Assembly (NCBI GenBank): GCA_965649825.1
Contig: OZ287709.1
Coordinates: forward strand, 310,001 to 374,000
Reading direction: 5' to 3'
Source: Penicillus capitatus
Taxonomy: Eukaryota > Plantae > Chlorophyta
Length of the DNA stretch: 64,000 nt
The notes under the pieces are model-generated. The model was not told where the DNA came from and ran no database searches. It saw nothing but the letters and a program-made list of their open reading frames with translations. Shown here one piece after another: positions 62,439 through 64,000 of this stretch (its first letter is position 1; the number at the start of each line of letters is the position of its first letter). Position numbers and translations under genes: made by a program.

Positions 62439-63668
62439 CTATTTCTGCTCTGTCTTTTTGTTGCCGCTGCCAATTTGTTTCTTCAACAATGCATCCACTT
62501 CTTCCTGCTTGGCAAAGCGGCCTTTGATGCGTGGACGATTCTCGGCATAGGCTTTACGCGATGCGTAACGGATCCTGTGTCCCCACGTCCGTCTCTTACG
62601 TTTTTCTAGATATCTATCACACAAAGAGGCAGCTTCGCATCAGCTCCCTTTCAGACATCGGATGCAGATCAGACCTTGCTACTTTTGCCTTTCGAATGAG
62701 GTTCTGTTCAGCAGTGAGCTTTCGAGGAGGGATTGGAACAGTGTTGCTGGGTTGTGCCACTTCGACGGCGGGAGTCATGTCGGGGTGCACATTCACTCGA
62801 TAATGTTGCACAGCTGTCGCAGGAGCAAACGTGCCCGATGGACAACATGACGAGGCGGCAAACACACAGCAACCATTCATCCAAGGCCTTTCTATCCCTA
62901 AACCATACATACTCCATCACTTACAGGTATTATGCAAAAACGAACAAACATTACCTGCATAGTGGCTTGTTATTGTCGGGCACATTGGATGCTCCTCTTT
63001 GACATATCTCACTTCCTCTCTCTCCTGTTCCTCTTCTTTCATCCAGCCAACATTCGATTTTGCATCCTGCAACGGGAAAACGATCTTTGTGATGTGACCG
63101 ACGGTATGAGGGCGCACATGGAGTGAGCAAACAAGAGTATCATCGTAGTTGGTCGGGTCATCCAAGCAACCCAATACATTATCAGAAAAAAGACAAACAT
63201 CCGGCAGTGTCGTGCAGATGTCATGGTTCGTATGCAAACTACGCCGCGGAAAGAGCGCAGATGAAGGCATTGCTGCCTCGTTCTCCCCCATCTCGGAGCA
63301 TCTCTCAGACGTATTGTCCAGAGGACTCACGCTACTGTCGGTACCGCTTGAATCCTGCGCGACATGTCTGCCTTTTTCAATCATCCGGTGCTTCGTTCTA
63401 CCTGACGGCAATACGTTGCACTGCTGTTTGTCTTGGACAGACAGGCGCCACGCGCATAGAACTCGTTTTCCGTTGCAGGCGCTACTGAAACGATGTCACC
63501 ATTATCGTAGCTTCCGTTCTGAAGCGACGCATGAAACTCATCAGGCGGCCACTTCAGGCGCTGCTGCATGAACGTCGGTTGAAACGCAGAAGCGCTATCT
63601 TCGAGTCCCACACACTCATACGACGAAAGCAGACCGTATCCAGTGTCTAATTCAGTATTTAGCCACAT
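62439..63668 (-). CDS. CCT-domain protein (CONSTANS-like C terminus, no B-box seen)
   Basis: RKAKVAR|[35 protein letters not shown]. The start at 63668 is inferred. Confidence 0.85.
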
Positions 63669-64000
63669 CGATGCCGTCTGTAGGTCAAACAGGAGATCCC
63701 ACGATCCAGAGCGACAGACGCAAAAGATGGAATGCGCAGGAGTTCTCTTTCGATGTTTTGATGTGACAGTTCCAACCTTCGACGGATTCTTTCGATGGCG
63801 TCGGTTGCGCGCGCGTCTCGAGCAAGATGTCCTGACAGCCACAGTCACGCGGCCTCGCGTCTTGTGCCCGCGGCGTTGTTTCCAGTACATGTCTCTCCGC
63901 CGCATCGGAAACGACCAATCGCGTTGCGCTATGGCATTGACCGTTACGATGCAAGCGATTCGAGACACCTATCGCCTCGGGGTCGCGAGGTCGTGATCTC

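Noticed and set aside
1-64000. CRISPR array, rRNA/tRNA, transposase, reverse transcriptase or viral genes
   Set aside because: No spaced direct repeats or diagnostic motifs were seen by eye. tRNAscan, Infernal and RepeatModeler runs would be needed to exclude them.

Overview
Compact, gene-dense eukaryotic DNA, most likely from a chlorophyte green alga. It uses the standard genetic code, has introns of about 45-60 nt, and carries plant/algal genes (NRT2, PPD4, CCT, PPR, D-ribulose kinase, Mog-like CNX1G). About 27 protein-coding loci were reconstructed by eye from the ORF track and splice sites. No rRNA, tRNA, CRISPR array or recognisable autonomous transposon was seen. Main signals: (1) an intronless 835-aa PPR protein built from seven strictly alternating 42-aa/35-aa motif dyads; (2) the 9-mer TGATGTGAC/GTCACATCA, counted about 22 times against about 0.5 expected, mostly in introns, stop-codon contexts and promoters, with a cluster inside a ~330-bp inverted repeat; (3) extreme gene packing, with tandem ORFs 24 and 32 nt apart, divergent ATGs 23-24 nt apart, and two stop codons overlapping in CTAG; (4) an organelle-targeted twin HMG-box (TFAM/Abf2-like) protein; (5) a GC-rich block with an exostosin-like/sulfotransferase fusion and a broken Bacteroidetes-type ThiE-like gene; (6) a decayed zone at 13-16.4 kb with a sugar-transporter pseudogene and a possible HOP1/ASY1 relic; (7) tandem ARMC8/GID5 paralogues and five GC-AG introns. 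All identifications come from motif recognition, not database searches, and exon boundaries and start codons are approximate.
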